The notes beneath the pieces are model-generated. The model did no database searches. It saw only the letters and a program-made list of their open reading frames with translations, and had not been told where the DNA came from. The translations under genes and the position numbers were made by a program. DNA of 64,000 nt from Peribolospora baueri (Eukaryota): positions 1-64,000 of the forward strand of contig JAMDHS010000094.1 of the NCBI GenBank assembly GCA_029717555.1, written 5' to 3'. Of this stretch, positions 37,641 through 52,544 are shown one piece after another (within the stretch, counting starts at the first letter, position 1; each line of letters opens with the position of its first letter).

Positions 37641-40370
37641 ATGGCTTCCCTAAGGCAGATCAAGAAAGACGAGGTCGAGAAGGTGGGTTGCTAGTGATGA
37701 GAGCGCGTTGCCCGCTTGCCGCTGATGCCTGCTCGCGGTTGTCTAGGCGGGACCTTGTCTCGCTCGTCACTTGCCGAGACGGGGCGGCGGATAGCCATAG
37801 GCTGACCTGCCCTGTTGCCGATCATATCTCTACCATTTGTTCACGCTCGTACAGCACAACAAGCCCGGCGACCTCTGGATCGTAATTGGTGCGTCCCACT
37901 CTTGCTTTCTTTGCGTCCTTTCTCCACTCGGATTCGTTCTGCGCTCACATGCTCTTATGTTCCACCACCACCACATCCACTCTCCTTTTGAATCCCAAAG
38001 ACTCGCTGGTCTACAATGTCTCCAAGTTCGCCGCCCTCCATCCTGGTGGAGAGGCTGTCCTGTACGACGAGGAAGTCGCCGGACAAGATGCTACCGAGAT
38101 GTTCTTTGGCTTGCATCGCCATGAGGTGCTCCTCAAGCCCCAGTACAAGAGGCTCATCGTAAGTCTATCTTTCTTCTCTATTCCTTGAGATATACCTGCG
38201 ATTCGTAGAAAAGCCGGCTTGGCTGACACGTGGATTTTCTCTCGGGGCCTCTCAGATTGGCCAAATCGAGGGTCAGAAGCAAATCGTCAAGGTATGTCCG
38301 CGACACATTTTGTTCTGCTGTCTGTTCATCGTAGTCGACGCCCACGCTTCCCTTTCCTCATCTCATCTCTTTCCTCCCACCTCTCCCACTCGCATCTAGG
38401 CCCCCGAGCCCGGCGCGATTTCCAAAGTCCCCTACGCCGAACCCAACTGGCTTACTCCCCAGTACTTCACCCCTTACTTCAGCGAGTCTCACCGGCGCCT
38501 CCAGCACGAAATGCGCAAGTTCGTCGACGAGCATCTCTACCCGGAGGCTCAGGCGAGGGAGGCAGATGGCAAGAGGCCTGACCCAAAGATCGTGCAGATG
38601 ATGGGGTGCGTTCGTTACTCTTTGCTTCTTGATGCACGATCGGAGACGACACATCGACTCATTCTTCTCATCCCTTTCGTTTTTGATGGCCGGCTTGCGC
38701 TTTCGGCAGTGACAACAACCTCAATGCGATGCGTCTCGGCCCCGGAAATCACCTCAAGGGCCGCAAGCTTTTCGCGGATATTAAGCCGGAAGAGTTTGAC
38801 TATTTCCACGAGCTCGTCATCACCCAAGAGCTGGTGCGCATGGGTGCCCGAGGCTTCGGCGACGGCCTCCAGGGAGGAATGGTTATCGGCTTGCCGCCCG
38901 TGCTGAACTTCGGAAGCGAAGACGTCAAGAAAGAGGTCGTCGACGATGTTCTTGCTGGCAGGAAGTATATCTGCTTGGCTATCAGCGAGGCGTTCGCGGT
39001 GAGTTTTGAGTCTTCACTTGTATTCTCTAGCTTTTCACGCGCCGACTTGTGAGCATGGGGGAGCATTTCTGAGCGACTTTCTCGTGTTCGCTCGCTCGCA
39101 GGGCTCCGACGTTATGGGAATGCGGACGTTTGCAAGGAAATCCGAGGACGGGTCGCACTACATCGTCAACGGCACCAAGAAATGGTGAATGCCCGCTTCG
39201 CTGCTTGCAGCGGTCCATCCGTAATCTCGTCGCATATCATCGCTGACGCCAGTGGGCACCCTTTCATGTGTTGTCCAGGATCACGAACGGTGTGTTTGCC
39301 GACTACTTCACCACCGGTGTCAAGACGGACGAGGGCTTTGCCGTCCTCCTTATTCCTCGCAGCGAAGGCGTTGAGACGAAGCAGATTCATACCAGCTACT
39401 CTACCACCGCTGGTACGGCCGTGAGTGTTGCTTTCGCCTCGTTTTACTTCGACGCTTTTGCTCACAATAGTGGCTGACCTTTTGCGTGGGGTTTTCGGAC
39501 CACGCTATCGTAGTACGTCACCTTCGACAACGTAAAGGTCCCCTCCCGTTACCTCCTTGGTGAAGACGGCCTTGGTATCCAGGTAATCCTCAGCAACTTC
39601 AACCACGAGCGTTGGGTCATGTGCTGCTCGTGAGTCTTCTTTTCGCGCGCTCGCTTGATCGAGGTCTCCCTCGTTTTCCTCTTCACGGCGTTACTGACGA
39701 CGACGTTCAAACTGTCCTTGCGTTTTTTCTACGCGCAGGACCATCCGCGCCGCTCGGGCCGCAACGGAGGAGTGCCTCAAATGGACTCACCAGCGAAAGG
39801 CATTCGGAAGGCCGCTCATCAATCAGCCCGTGATCCGTCAGAAGGTGAGCGGCGATGGTCTGCGGAGAGGAAGACGGCGAATACGATAAGTGGTGTGGAA
39901 ACGTTGAGGTAGCGGTGCCATTGACATGCTCGTATCGAATTGCCTTCCACGACGCAGCTGGCGTCCATGATCGCTCAGATCGAGTCCGCTCAGAACTGGC
40001 TGGAGAACGTCACCTATCAGGTTAGCGCGTGTGCATATCCCTATTTTCGCTTCGTGCCTCGCTCACCAACCCTGCCCCGGTCCCAACCATACAGATGACG
40101 AAGATGAACTACAAGACCCAGGCGGTCCACCTCGCTGGCCAAGTTGGTCTTCTCAAGTACTACTCCACGCGCGTCTCCAACCATGTGGCCGACAACGCCG
40201 TGCAGATCTTCGGCGGCCGCGGTATCACCAAGACGGGGATGGGCAAGTTCATCGAGGGCTACGCCCGCACGATCAAGTTCGACGCTCTCCTCGGCGGCAG
40301 TGAGGAGATCCTAGCTGACTTGGGCATTCGTCAGGGCATCCGCAAGTTCCCTGAGGATGCCAAGATTTAA
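37641..40370 (+). CDS. Acyl-CoA dehydrogenase with N-terminal cytochrome b5-like domain; C-terminal AKI is PTS1-like
   Basis: HNKPGDLWIVI..VYNVSKFAALHPGGE; FDYFHELV, CLAISEAFAGSDV, VNGTKKWITNG, NFNHERW, AVQIFGGRG, LLGGSEEILADLG. Confidence 0.93.
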
Positions 40371-40613
40371 GCGTTGTGTTGGAGAATTTTCATACACGTC
40401 CCACCGCTCGCTCGCGCCCTTACCGTATCTGTACCTTCACACGTCTTGCTGTCCGTTTTTTACCCATTATACTATCTTGACCTGAAAATGAGATGATTTT
40501 CTGATCAATTGACTGATTGCCCCCGGGGACCTTTGGCTCTATAAATGCTTACGGCTCCAGGTCACCTTTGCATTGTAGTCAAATGCGCATCGCCATCCCA
40601 CGTGATATACAAA

Positions 40614-40692
40614 TCCGAGATGGTATAGTGGCTAACACGGGTGCCTGTCAACGGGCTCGCACCAGTCCCGGGTTCGATTCCCGGTCTCGGAG
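40614..40692 (+). tRNA. tRNA-Asp(GTC) with a 7-nt intron (40651-40657)
   Basis: Acceptor TCCGAGA/TCTCGGA, A-box TGGTATAGTGG, anticodon stem GGTGC/GCACC with loop CT-GTC-A, T-arm CCGGG-TTCGATT-CCCGG, then a TTTATTTTT Pol III terminator. Confidence 0.93.
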
Positions 40693-41615
40693 TTTATTTT
40701 TCCTCGCCTGCTTACAATCTTTTTTTGCCTTCTTGCTGACTGGCGAGACTGTTGTGGGGTTACAGGCGCGAGTGCTGAATGCGTCGGCCAGAGATGGTTT
40801 AGGTGGGGCTCAAAGACAGAAGGAGACAGTTGCCCTGTAAAATGTACTAACGCTCACTGTTCAATGACAGATAATGATAGGAATTGACGGCCGGATTGTT
40901 AGGCTTGGAGCTCGAACGACATCAAGGAAGAAGCCTTCGATCCCGAGGTCCGGGTCAGCGACAGCCCTGGATATAGGCACCCTTGTGATAGGAACGGCCG
41001 TCTGAACATGGCCGTGAGCAGATGACGGTGAGGAGCGCGCACTGGTCGAACTGTGTACAGAGGATGTTGGGACGTCTGCGTCGATTTCACCCGCGCTGTC
41101 TATGTTGAGCCCTATGTTGTGGTGTGAGCTGGCGGGCTAGAGGGTGCTCTGCAGGTCTCCGACGCGCACTGGTTTGAACCCCTCCCACCTGTCTCCTGCG
41201 TCGGTGCTTGCCTTCGTGCCAGGGATCCGAGCCGTTCAGTGCGCAGTGCGCAACCCGAGGGGTCAAGGTTGCGACGGCCGGACTCAAAGGGCGAAGCGAG
41301 GACGTGACTGTCTGTCTTCGTGACTGTCTCCGTGACAACAACCATCGTAGGCATTGGCGAGCATATCGTCGTCACTAGTGGCCGAGTCGATGGCGCATTC
41401 ACTTCCGGATGGGAATAAATCAAGGGCATCGAATGGATGACCGATACCGAGAGCAATGGATTGCCCACATGGTGTACGAAGGGAGAAAGGATCGACATGG
41501 GCGTAGACCGCGACCGACAAGGGCACCTAATAGTACAGCAGCAGTAGAAAAGACACAGTAGATGGAGAACAGAAGAGGAAGCCAGCGAGCGTCCGTGCTA
41601 GGTCGTGCCTGCCAT

Positions 41616-43335
<1,720 letters not shown>

Positions 43336-43545
43336 TAGACGACTCGGCTCTGTCTTTGGACCTTATATTAGGTCTCCCATGCGGCGAGCCTATCTGTACT
43401 CGCTTTATGCAAGCCGGATTTCTTCCTTGCGTGCACGACTGGATTAGACCCGAAAGGACTGGATAATATACAAAGATAATTTAAGTACAGCACATTCAGC
43501 GGCAGCTTGCAGTCCTCTTGATCGCATCCTGACCTTATCGCACGC

Positions 43546-44019
43546 TTAGGCGGTCGCAGCCACAAGAGTAGGCTGGGCGTCGATGTACTCCACCGGTTCA
43601 CCTTCCTCGTCTTCGTCATCATCTTCGAAGTCGAGCTTCCAAAGAGTGACCGGGTAGCAGGAAAAGCACATATTGGAGATTGGCGGAACGAAGGAGACGA
43701 ATAGCAGTGAACGCGTGTCCTACGGTAGCATGGGTTGCATGTAGACCATCCCACAAATCCATACTGTTCGGCTCGGCGCTCTCCCCACGCCGTGCACCGT
43801 CTGTCTCCGTCCATGACGAACAGAAATAAAACTTACTGGATCGAAAACGACGCGAATTATCAACGAACAGCTTGGACATCGCGCAATGTCCTCGCCATCC
43901 TTGAGCTCCGCGCGAGAGATTTCGAAACGGTCGCCGCAGGGACATGGGTAGTGATAGACGTCCTTGGCCTCGTCGTAGGCCATGTCCTCGATTTCGATTT
44001 CGTCGTAGTAGTTGACCAT
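43546..44019 (-). CDS. DPH3: Diphthamide biosynthesis protein 3 (CSL zinc finger)
   Basis: [38 protein letters not shown]; one intron and an acidic tail. Confidence 0.95.
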
Positions 44020-44242
44020 TTTGCGAAGGAACAGATCACATGTGCGCTTGCTCGACGGACAATGGAAAAGGACGACCGGCGACCAGTCCCGGCAAGGTGG
44101 CGAAAAAGCAAAGGCGAAATTTTGATGCGCGATCGTCGTGATTATATCAGTGAGCGCTCACGTGCCGTCCGACCCGCAGTCGCCGCGCCACCTCCGCATC
44201 CCCTTGAGCGCATTGCCCGCCTTATCTTGTCGCTTTCCGTCC

Positions 44243-45392
44243 ATGTCGCATTCATCGCCACCGCCGCCGTCCTCTTCGGTCTCTTTGGTCTCACCTTCGG
44301 CATCTCTTCCTCCCACGCAACTGAGTCATGACTTCCCTTCCATAGCCACGATGAGGTGAGCCGCACGGGAGAGCCTCGGAGGCACCGCAATGCAGGGAGA
44401 TGTCCCTTGAGACGTGTAACCCTTGACATTCTCTCCGCCCCTTCCTTTTCCGCCTCTCAAAATGTAGTCGTCAGGATTTAGAGGACCTCCTGGCGGACGA
44501 AGACTATTTTGAAGCTGTTGTAGATTCTCTTCCAGAGGTTCGTAGTGCCTATGCGGAACACGAAAGCTTGCTGAGGTCGATCGAGGAGTCAGCGCGTGAG
44601 TCTTGATTTCCTTGGCTTCCTTTTCCTGGTCTCGTCTTGTATTGGTCTTCTCTTTGTGGCTGTCGTTGGCCTATTCGAGGGCTTGATTCGTTGACGAAGC
44701 GTGTTTTCGTTCGCATATGTCTTGCTGCCCGGTTGTCCGCCCATCTTGGGTTATCCTCATGCGTCTCTGCGATTCCTTCGCGCACACTGTGTCCGGACTA
44801 TAGGCCGCAACGTCGCCCTTCAACCATCTCTAGAAAACCTGAGAGCAGAAACGCAGCGGGTTTACTCTCGGGCAAGGGGCCTCGGAGACGGATGGCCCGC
44901 GCTGGAAGGGCAGCAGAAAGAGGTGTATAAGGTAAGTGTGGGTTTGGACGTGATGATTTGGTAACGAGAAGGGAAGTCGTGGGCAGTTGGGAAACTATAA
45001 AATTTTCCATGCTTAGGATAGCCGTAGACGTGTGCTCAGCGCGAGGACGGCGGGATGACAGGGACCAGGGGATTTCTCCGCAAGAAGCTCACCCACGATG
45101 CATCTTCCCTTTCCGCCTCGCCTTTGTCCATTCTCATCTACAGCGATTCTCCCAGCCCGCGCTGCACTCGCTCTTATCGCAGTCCTGCTCCCAATCGGAC
45201 AACCTGTCCGAATCCCTCGCCGCATCATTCGTTGAAGGGACGCCGGCCGGGGCGAACAATACTAACAGGGACGTGGACGAGGAGATCGCGACGTTCGTGC
45301 GGCAGTACAGGGAGGTGCGCAAGGTATTCCACAAGCGCATGCTTTGGAACGAACGTTGGAATCAAGGCAGAATCGCTTGGCGGAATGATTGA
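44243..45392 (+). CDS. VPS37: ESCRT-I subunit Vps37 (Mod(r) domain)
   Basis: DFPSIATMSRQDLEDLL, RNVALQPSLENLRAET, SDNLSESLAASFVEG, FVRQYREVRKVFHKR. Confidence 0.8.
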
Positions 45393-46419
45393 TTGGGGTT
45401 GCGCGGGCAGTGTCGTCCCGCTCAGAAAGAAGACTCTGGTGTTTAAATGTCCAATAGGCGCCAGGCGTCCAGGGTCATGATGCAGAGGGTGTGGTGTCGC
45501 GGACGTGACTGAAGAAAGTGACACCGCAACTAGTCCTCACTGTTTTGTAGTAAGTGGAGGTTCATAGAAAGGGCACCTGAGCAGAAGAATAATCTACAAT
45601 GCATGAAATGGACAGAGCCGACAGGATCGGGCGATAGGCCGGAGAAACGAGCCGTTTGAGCGTAATGCATACGAGGCTGTATCGAAGAGAGCAATGGAGG
45701 GGATGAGGATAGGTGGCATATGGACAAGCTTGGTGTACGCCAGACGAGATCGATCAGGCGGCAGTTTGACGCAGGACGGTCGAAAGGCGAAGACGATAGT
45801 GGCGATCACATCATTCACGAAATGTTTCGAGGCAGACACGGATAAAGGGCGGGAAAGACGGGTCGGGGTAGAGGAAAGGGAGTAGGTTGCGGTGCGGAAA
45901 ATAAAAGCCAATGTCGTCCACCTGACATGCAACGGCTTGGCCCATCGCTCGGGGTAGACCAACATGCTTTACAGCGGTGACTGAAATCAGCTGGTTCGCA
46001 ACCTTCGCGCCAAGCAAATTCGTCGCCCGTGCTCATGCGGAAAGGGTGAATTGGTCCATATGAGTCCAGGTATGTCTTGCGTCCTAGATCGCGGCAACCA
46101 GGACCCGGTCCCACCGGTGGTGCCCTTATGGCCGCCTCCCGTCCCCCATGAGACAAAGATACCGGTGATCAGCTGCCCCGGGCTCCGGGCCCCTCCGTTT
46201 CGCCATTTCCGCCACTGCTGACCCTCGTATGTCTGCCACTTGTTGGCCGTGTCTCAGGTCGAGTAACCAGAAAGACATGATCTCCGGAAGCACCACCATC
46301 CGACTCGAGCATGCCCACTCTTCCCATTCTCCGACCCCGTCCGACTTCGCTCCGCGCCGTCTGGTCTTGTCCAATCTATCGACCCATCCTTCATACCGGC
46401 CCGCTCGCCCAGCTCTCGC

Positions 46420-46644
46420 TCAGAACTGAGGAACGAGAAGATCCCCGAACGATCGCACGAAAGCGATCCCGCCGAGGAATACGGAAACACCCCAGAGAAG
46501 AGAGAGGTTCCCGGCGCGCTTCTCCGGGTTAGTGACCTCCTCCTGGATGAACCTTTGGATCGGGTTCGAGGGCTTGGACCGGGACTCTCCAACTGCGTAG
46601 GGGTTGGAGAGGTAGGCGGGCGTGGCTCCGGAGCGGCGTGCCAT
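46420..46644 (-). CDS. Small single-TM protein, TOM6-like mitochondrial outer-membrane subunit
   Basis: 74-aa ORF; PEKRAGNLSLLWGVSVFLGGIAFVRSFGDLLVP resembles fungal Tom6 C-terminal TM segments as remembered. Confidence 0.55.
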   Translation of the reverse strand: MARRSGATPAYLSNPYAVGESRSKPSNPIQRFIQEEVTNPEKRAGNLSLLWGVSVFLGGIAFVRSFGDLLVPQF

Positions 46645-46987
46645 GTTGAGCGGGGTACGTGTAATGTGGGTGGCTGATCGAGAGCCGAAAGTTGGTTGTC
46701 GGTGAAGATCGTGATCGTCGTCGCGAAGAAAAGGAGGAGCTGGCCCATTGCATCGTCGTCACGTGCTGCCCTCGTGTTTCGACCCTAACCCTAAGCGTGA
46801 CGAGCACCGCTCTTGTCGTCATTCTCTTTCCCAGTCGACGACGACCTTCTCAACTGAGCATATTTCTTGCTTTCACCTTGTTCACCGCATCGACCTTATT
46901 TCTCTCTGCAGCACCTCCTCCGCGCCTTTAACGAACATTATCACGACAGACACGAACACCAAAATCTACTTCTCCCCGACACGTGCG

Positions 46988-48657
46988 ATGACCATCGACT
47001 CTTCACCGCACACGCGCATGACACGCTCCTCCGGTCGCCTCTCCCGCCGGGCTAACTCGTCAGAGGTACACAACTCCCCACGGAGACGATCTACGAGGCT
47101 CTCTTCTAAAGGCAGCCTTTCCCCATCTAACAGCGGAAGCGAGAGCGGTGGTGGTGGTGGAGGCGGAGCCGGCCACCGTCGGGTTGCCATTGACGGTCTT
47201 CCAGTTGACGGCACTGCTCGATATCGCTCCAATCGTGCTGTGACTCCAGTGGCAACGGCGGCGGGGGCAACCAACGGGCATGCGTCTCCTATGCCAAATG
47301 GAATGCCATTGTCAGATGGACACGGCGAATCTGGCAGTCCGACAAAGAAGGGAAGAAGGGTGGCGAGGAAGGCGAAAAAGCCCGCCTCGGCGCCGGCACA
47401 ACAGAAGAGCTGGGAAATTCCGAGAAAGATATTTCATTCATCCATAGGTGAGTGTTGTATACTTACAGCCGTCTGTTTTCTGCTCTACCTGCTTGTTTTA
47501 TCTGCAAGCAGACTTGCTGAATATGAACCGTGTTGCCATCGTTCCCATCTCATCACATCACATCGCTCAGGCTTCGTAGTCTTCTACCTCTATATCACAA
47601 AAGCACCCCTGCTGCACATTCAAGTCGTCCTCATCGTTGTACTGTTGTGCGTGGCGTCAGCCGACCTTCTCCGTCTCAACCATCGCGGCTTCGAAAGGGT
47701 GTACGAGAAGGTCCTTGGCTTCTTGATGCGAGAGAGCGAAAAGGTGAGCTTTCACTTATCTATCCCAGACATTAACAGACGCCATGGGGAACAGCGCGAA
47801 CAGGGTGCGCAGGGCGCTAACATCTCCTCTGCGCTCTTATTATGAACGCAGACTAAAACCAACGGCGTCGTCTACTACCTAATCGGATGCGTAACCGCAC
47901 TATACTTATTCCCGCGCGACATAGCCAGCGTCAGCATCATGATTCTCTCTTGGTGTGATACTAGCGCGTGAGTATTCACATCCAGTGTTAGGGCCTCGGT
48001 CCTGCCCGAACCGATATGGTGACGAAGCAAGCTCTGCAATGAGCCTTGGGCAAAAATAACTGACTGGCTATCTCTCGTTTTCGTCCCGTCGCGCACAGTT
48101 CTGTTTTTGGTCGTCTCTTTGGCCGACATACTCCTGCCCTTCCCTCCCCTCCTTTTGCCGCTCGCAAGTCCCTGGCAGGCACCCTGGCAGCCATGAGTAT
48201 GGGTGCGCTGACCGCCTATTTCTTCTGGGGCACCAAGGTCGGGCCAATAGGCGAGCTGGCTGGGGACCTTTCATGGGCGTCGTCGGGGGGCATCAAGGCC
48301 GGGTTGAGCCGGTTCGATACTGGTGCGGGGTGGAGCGACGCGGCAACGCTGGGTTCTGAAGCCATCGGCGTCGCCGCCGGTGCTTTGCCGGACGGCACCA
48401 GTCGATGGGTCCTCGCTCGTGTGCTTGGGTCTCTCAGCCTGGGAGGCAGGATAAGTGCCATGGCAGAGAGCCCGCGCATACCGCTCCCGCTCCCAATCCT
48501 TAGCATCGCCACCGGTGTTGTAGCAGGCGTCGCGGAGGCACTCGATGTCGGCGGAGCGGACGACAACCTCACCTTGCCCATCCTAACCGCCGTCGGTGTG
48601 CGCGGTTTCTTATGGGCCTGGGGAAGGGGCTGGGCTTGGTGGCATGGACTTGCTTGA
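46988..48657 (+). CDS. DGK1: CTP-dependent diacylglycerol kinase
   Basis: WEIPRKIFHSSIG, GFLMRESEK..NGVVYYLIG, LSWCDTSASVFGR, RKSLAG, DDNLTLPI. Confidence 0.92.
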
Positions 48658-49387
48658 TATGACTTGGATCAGTTGCCTTTCGTCCAACGATTTCCCGGTA
48701 GCGCTGTGTCAGCTCCCCCACTTGGTTTCGGGCCTTCACAGTGGACGGTCATTTTATTGACCGTCCACCTCTCTCCCTGATCTTCTTTTTGTTGTGAGGA
48801 CGGTCGCGCTACCCGAACGTCATTATGATACCATACGTCTGTAGACGCTGCTTCCTGCCGTCATCGACTCCTCCTTTGGACCATGTCGATTCATCCTCAT
48901 CCCTTCCAGTTTCCTGTTCATTATGGTTACATTCCGCCCCGTTTCGTCTTTTCTCGCCTCCCTGGACCTGCGCTGCTCTATAGAATGAACCAATCTACAC
49001 ACTCCACCCTCTACCTTTTCCTTCGCTCAGGCCATGGAAATGACAGACGAACACGGAAACTGACAACTGTTCTGAAGGCCCCTTTGGGTGCTTGTCCTGC
49101 CCCTTGATAGCTGTGATAGATCTGCGTTCCATCTCTAATCATATTGCAAACGTTTCTCCTCGTGGTCAGGTCAGCAGATGAGACATTATACAGGTGACGA
49201 GAAAAAGGCACCTAGCCCGTCCCGTCTGCTGTTCTCGCCTTCTTGACACAATAAACCGTTGTTAGTAGCACAGGTCTCGGCGCGCCGGACGTGGGACGCA
49301 ATGACTTGTTTCATTCAGGCTCGCTCTGAGAGCGAGAATCCCTTGAAGAGAAGCGGCACCTGTATGAACCCCTGCGCTCTCGATTGC

Positions 49388-49664
49388 GATCCTGTCGAAC
49401 ACCATCACTGTAGATTCACCTTAGCTAACAGTTCAGCCGCTCTGTAAGCGACATTCCAACAGGTTATGAGCCCAGTTGCGAATCGGAAAGTTTCAAGAAG
49501 CCCGTGCGGCCGATTCGTAACTGAGCTCATAACCTGTTGGAATGTCGCTTACAGAGCGAGCTTCTTGAAACTTTCCGATCGTAACTGGGCTCATAACCTG
49601 TTGGAATGTCGCTTACAGAGCGGCTGATCCTGTCGAACACCATCACTGTAGATACACTTAGCTA
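49388..49664. repeat. Foldback: 68-bp inverted repeat with an inner third partial copy, flanked by a ~39-bp direct repeat
   Basis: 49433-49501 matches the reverse complement of 49560-49627 with 1 mismatch and 1 indel; direct repeat at 49388-49427 and 49626-49664. Confidence 0.9.
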
Positions 49665-50328
49665 TTGTCTCCAAGTTTCCTACCTCTACGGTCGGTCTCT
49701 TCCACTGTCCACGTGTCCTCGGGCATGCTGGTGAAGACCTATGAAAATAGGGAGGGGGAATACAAATGAAGGGTACCACTCGGTCAGCTTGCCCTGACTT
49801 ATATATATGCTGTCCCACCCAGCTCCGACATTCACGACCCTCTCTCCACCGGCGAAGGGAGATTCAGAAAGCGCCTAGCGTATAATGGCGCCCATGCAAA
49901 ATGGTTATCAGCAAAGCCGTAAGGCTCGTGACTGGTGCCAGCAAATGTTTCATCCTTTTTTTTCTGCTCCTTCGCCGGTGATCCAGGCCCTCCCTTCCCT
50001 TCTGAAAACCAGCTCTCGGACAATCGGACGGAGAGGACTCACCGGAATGAAGCAGGACATGATGGAGAAGAAGAAGAAGAAAAAGACCATGGCGCTCTTT
50101 GGAAAATCCTTTCATAAAGAGTGATCCGCCTGTGTCCGCCTGTGTCCGTACACCGCTGTGCAGTCAACTACCGCAGCTCGGATGCTCGATTCGGTTACCC
50201 GTCTCGTCTATTCAAGTTGACACTAAAGTATGTACAGATGCGATTGGGACAGACGAGGTACGTACGTATACAGGACGTACGATGCTGCTGTTGCGACGAC
50301 GAGAGCGGAAGAGAGGTAGATGGCACTA

Positions 50329-52544
50329 TCACCACGGTCGCGAGTTGCGCACACGCCACCACTGCGAGGAGCGGAGGGACTTCGTCAATAGGTAGATGGG
50401 AGGCAGAAGAAAGACAGCGAGGCGGTCGCTCACCTGTGTCATGCAGCTGTAGCCGTCGAGGTCGAACGACGAGCCAGGGTCGCAGCTGCACTTTCCGTTG
50501 TCGTGGAACTGGGCCTTGTTCTGTGGACAGTGACGGTAAGGTAGATGGTAATAGGCAATGTCCTCGAACTGGTGAATCCGGCTCGAGTCGAGGAAAAGCG
50601 CAGCGGCGATGCTATGCACGGGAGCGTCTCCCCAGCGCTGAAAGAGGAAGAAGAGGACAGGTCAGCATACGCTCCTTATTCACATGGGCGAATCGCTCAC
50701 TCACCTCGTAAAAGAAGCCGCCGGCCTTGTCGAGGTGCTCGAAAAAGTCGTTGTACTGCTTCGACCGCCAGAAACGAAGGTCGCCGATCTCAAAGTTGGA
50801 CCAGAAGTGACAGAGATTGTACCCGGGTTCCAAACCACGCTGGGGCTCGTCGGTCATAAAGTAGAGGCTGTTTTGGCGTGCAATATAATCGGGATGCTTG
50901 GCCGCGAACTGGCGATGGAGAGTTAATGGAAGGGGTCAGTGGATGGTTCCACCGAGCTATCTCGATCACCAGCGCTCACCTTCTTTACTTCGCTCCAAAG
51001 CGTCGGAATCGTAGCCTCATACTCGTACATGGCAATGGTGAAGCCGTAGGTCTTGTTGTTCATCGCCATCTACCGAAAGAGGGGGGGGAGAAGGGGAGGA
51101 CGGGCGTTCTCGGTCAGTATCTGAACATTCCAAAGCGAAACGAGCATCATACTCACAAAGTTGCTGAAAACAGACAAGAAGACAATCAATATCCGGCGAT
51201 GCGGAAGGGCGTGAGGATGAAAAAAAAAAAAAAAAAAAAAAAAACGCGGGACGTCAGTTTGGCCGCGGCCCGTCTGACATTCTCGGCTCCCGCCTCGCTC
51301 GCCCATCAACGCACAAGACGTCATAGTCGACATCACAGTCCAGCTCGATGCCCGGCTCGACACGCCAGTAGTAGTCAAGGTCTTTGAGCAGCTCCTGGCG
51401 ATAGAAGAAGCCAGAGTTGTACCGACTGGTGTAAGATGCAGGGCGGATATGTGCGGCGACGACGGCGGAGGGAGGTGTAGCGTTTTGGGAGAAGTGAAAT
51501 TTCAGAGCCGGAAAGGTGGCGTGAAGAAAACGCCTCGGTGAGCATCCATCGTTCATCGTTCTGCGGTCACGATGCTGTGTTCGATGCAGGTGAACGACAG
51601 TGGAATGCAGGAAGAAAGCTTACCACATGTGTCGATAGCTCTCGCTCGCTGTTGAGACAAGAAGTCAATGTCGAGAACTGAACTAAACAGGAGGATCACG
51701 GCTGACAACTTACATCCGTAGATGATATCGGCCATATCCTTTCTCGTCTGCGCCGCCTTTTCCTGATCTATCCAATCAGGGTAGGACCAGTGCTCCTTAG
51801 GGACGAGGCTGAAGTAGACGGGCGCGCGCGTCATCTTGCGTACACCGGCCTTGAATTCTTCTGTGAAAGGCTCATTGTTCTGTATGGGGAGGAGATGGAC
51901 GGGTTGCTTTGAATGACGGCAAGAAGTAGGATGAACAGTGGGGACGACTCACGAAAAAGTACCACGGGTAGTCATACTTGCGGTTAAAGCGGTCCTCCAC
52001 GTTCTTCATGCTCTTCTTCATGTCCTCGAGCTCGCTGTTGCGGACCTAGAGACCGGCCGTAAGGAACAGGGATCAGCAGGTAGGCCGGGTGGGCACGCAG
52101 GTACGGTTCTCGCCGTTGGGGTCATTCACCGCGCTCGCTTAACCTATGACATGATGTTGAGATACTCACCAAGACGACAAATCCAGCCTTTTGCCTCGGC
52201 GCGGTGTTGGCCTGGGCAGGGACGAAGCTAGGCGGATAGATCAAACCGGAATCCTTGTCTTTGATTCCCCAGTCGACCAGGCTCTGGTCGGGCGCCGGGC
52301 CTGTATAGCCGGCGTACGCCGGATCAATGGGGCCTAGGCCTTCCTCTGGCTGATATCCGGGGTGCCATGGGACGATGGCTCCAAATCCGGCTTTCGCGCG
52401 ATTGAAGGTAGAGGTGAAGACGGCGGGCGGGGAGGAGAAGATGCTGAAGAGGATGCAGATGACAATGAAGCCGGTTGCGAAAAGGGTGCTGAGCGTGTGC
52501 GTGCTGGTGCGAGGGAGCGCCGAGGGGGCGGGAACGATGGCCAT
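50329..52544 (-). CDS. Alpha-1,2-mannosyltransferase, GT15 (KRE2/MNT1/KTR family)
   Basis: Type II TM anchor, [74 protein letters not shown]. Confidence 0.93.

Noticed and set aside
45500..46370. Possible gene or fragment between VPS37 and the TOM6-like gene
   Set aside because: Only short ORFs, with no family I can recognise.
49832..50124. Small spliced ORF starting MVFFFFFFSIMSCFIP
   Set aside because: Driven by a (TTC)n microsatellite; no homology support.
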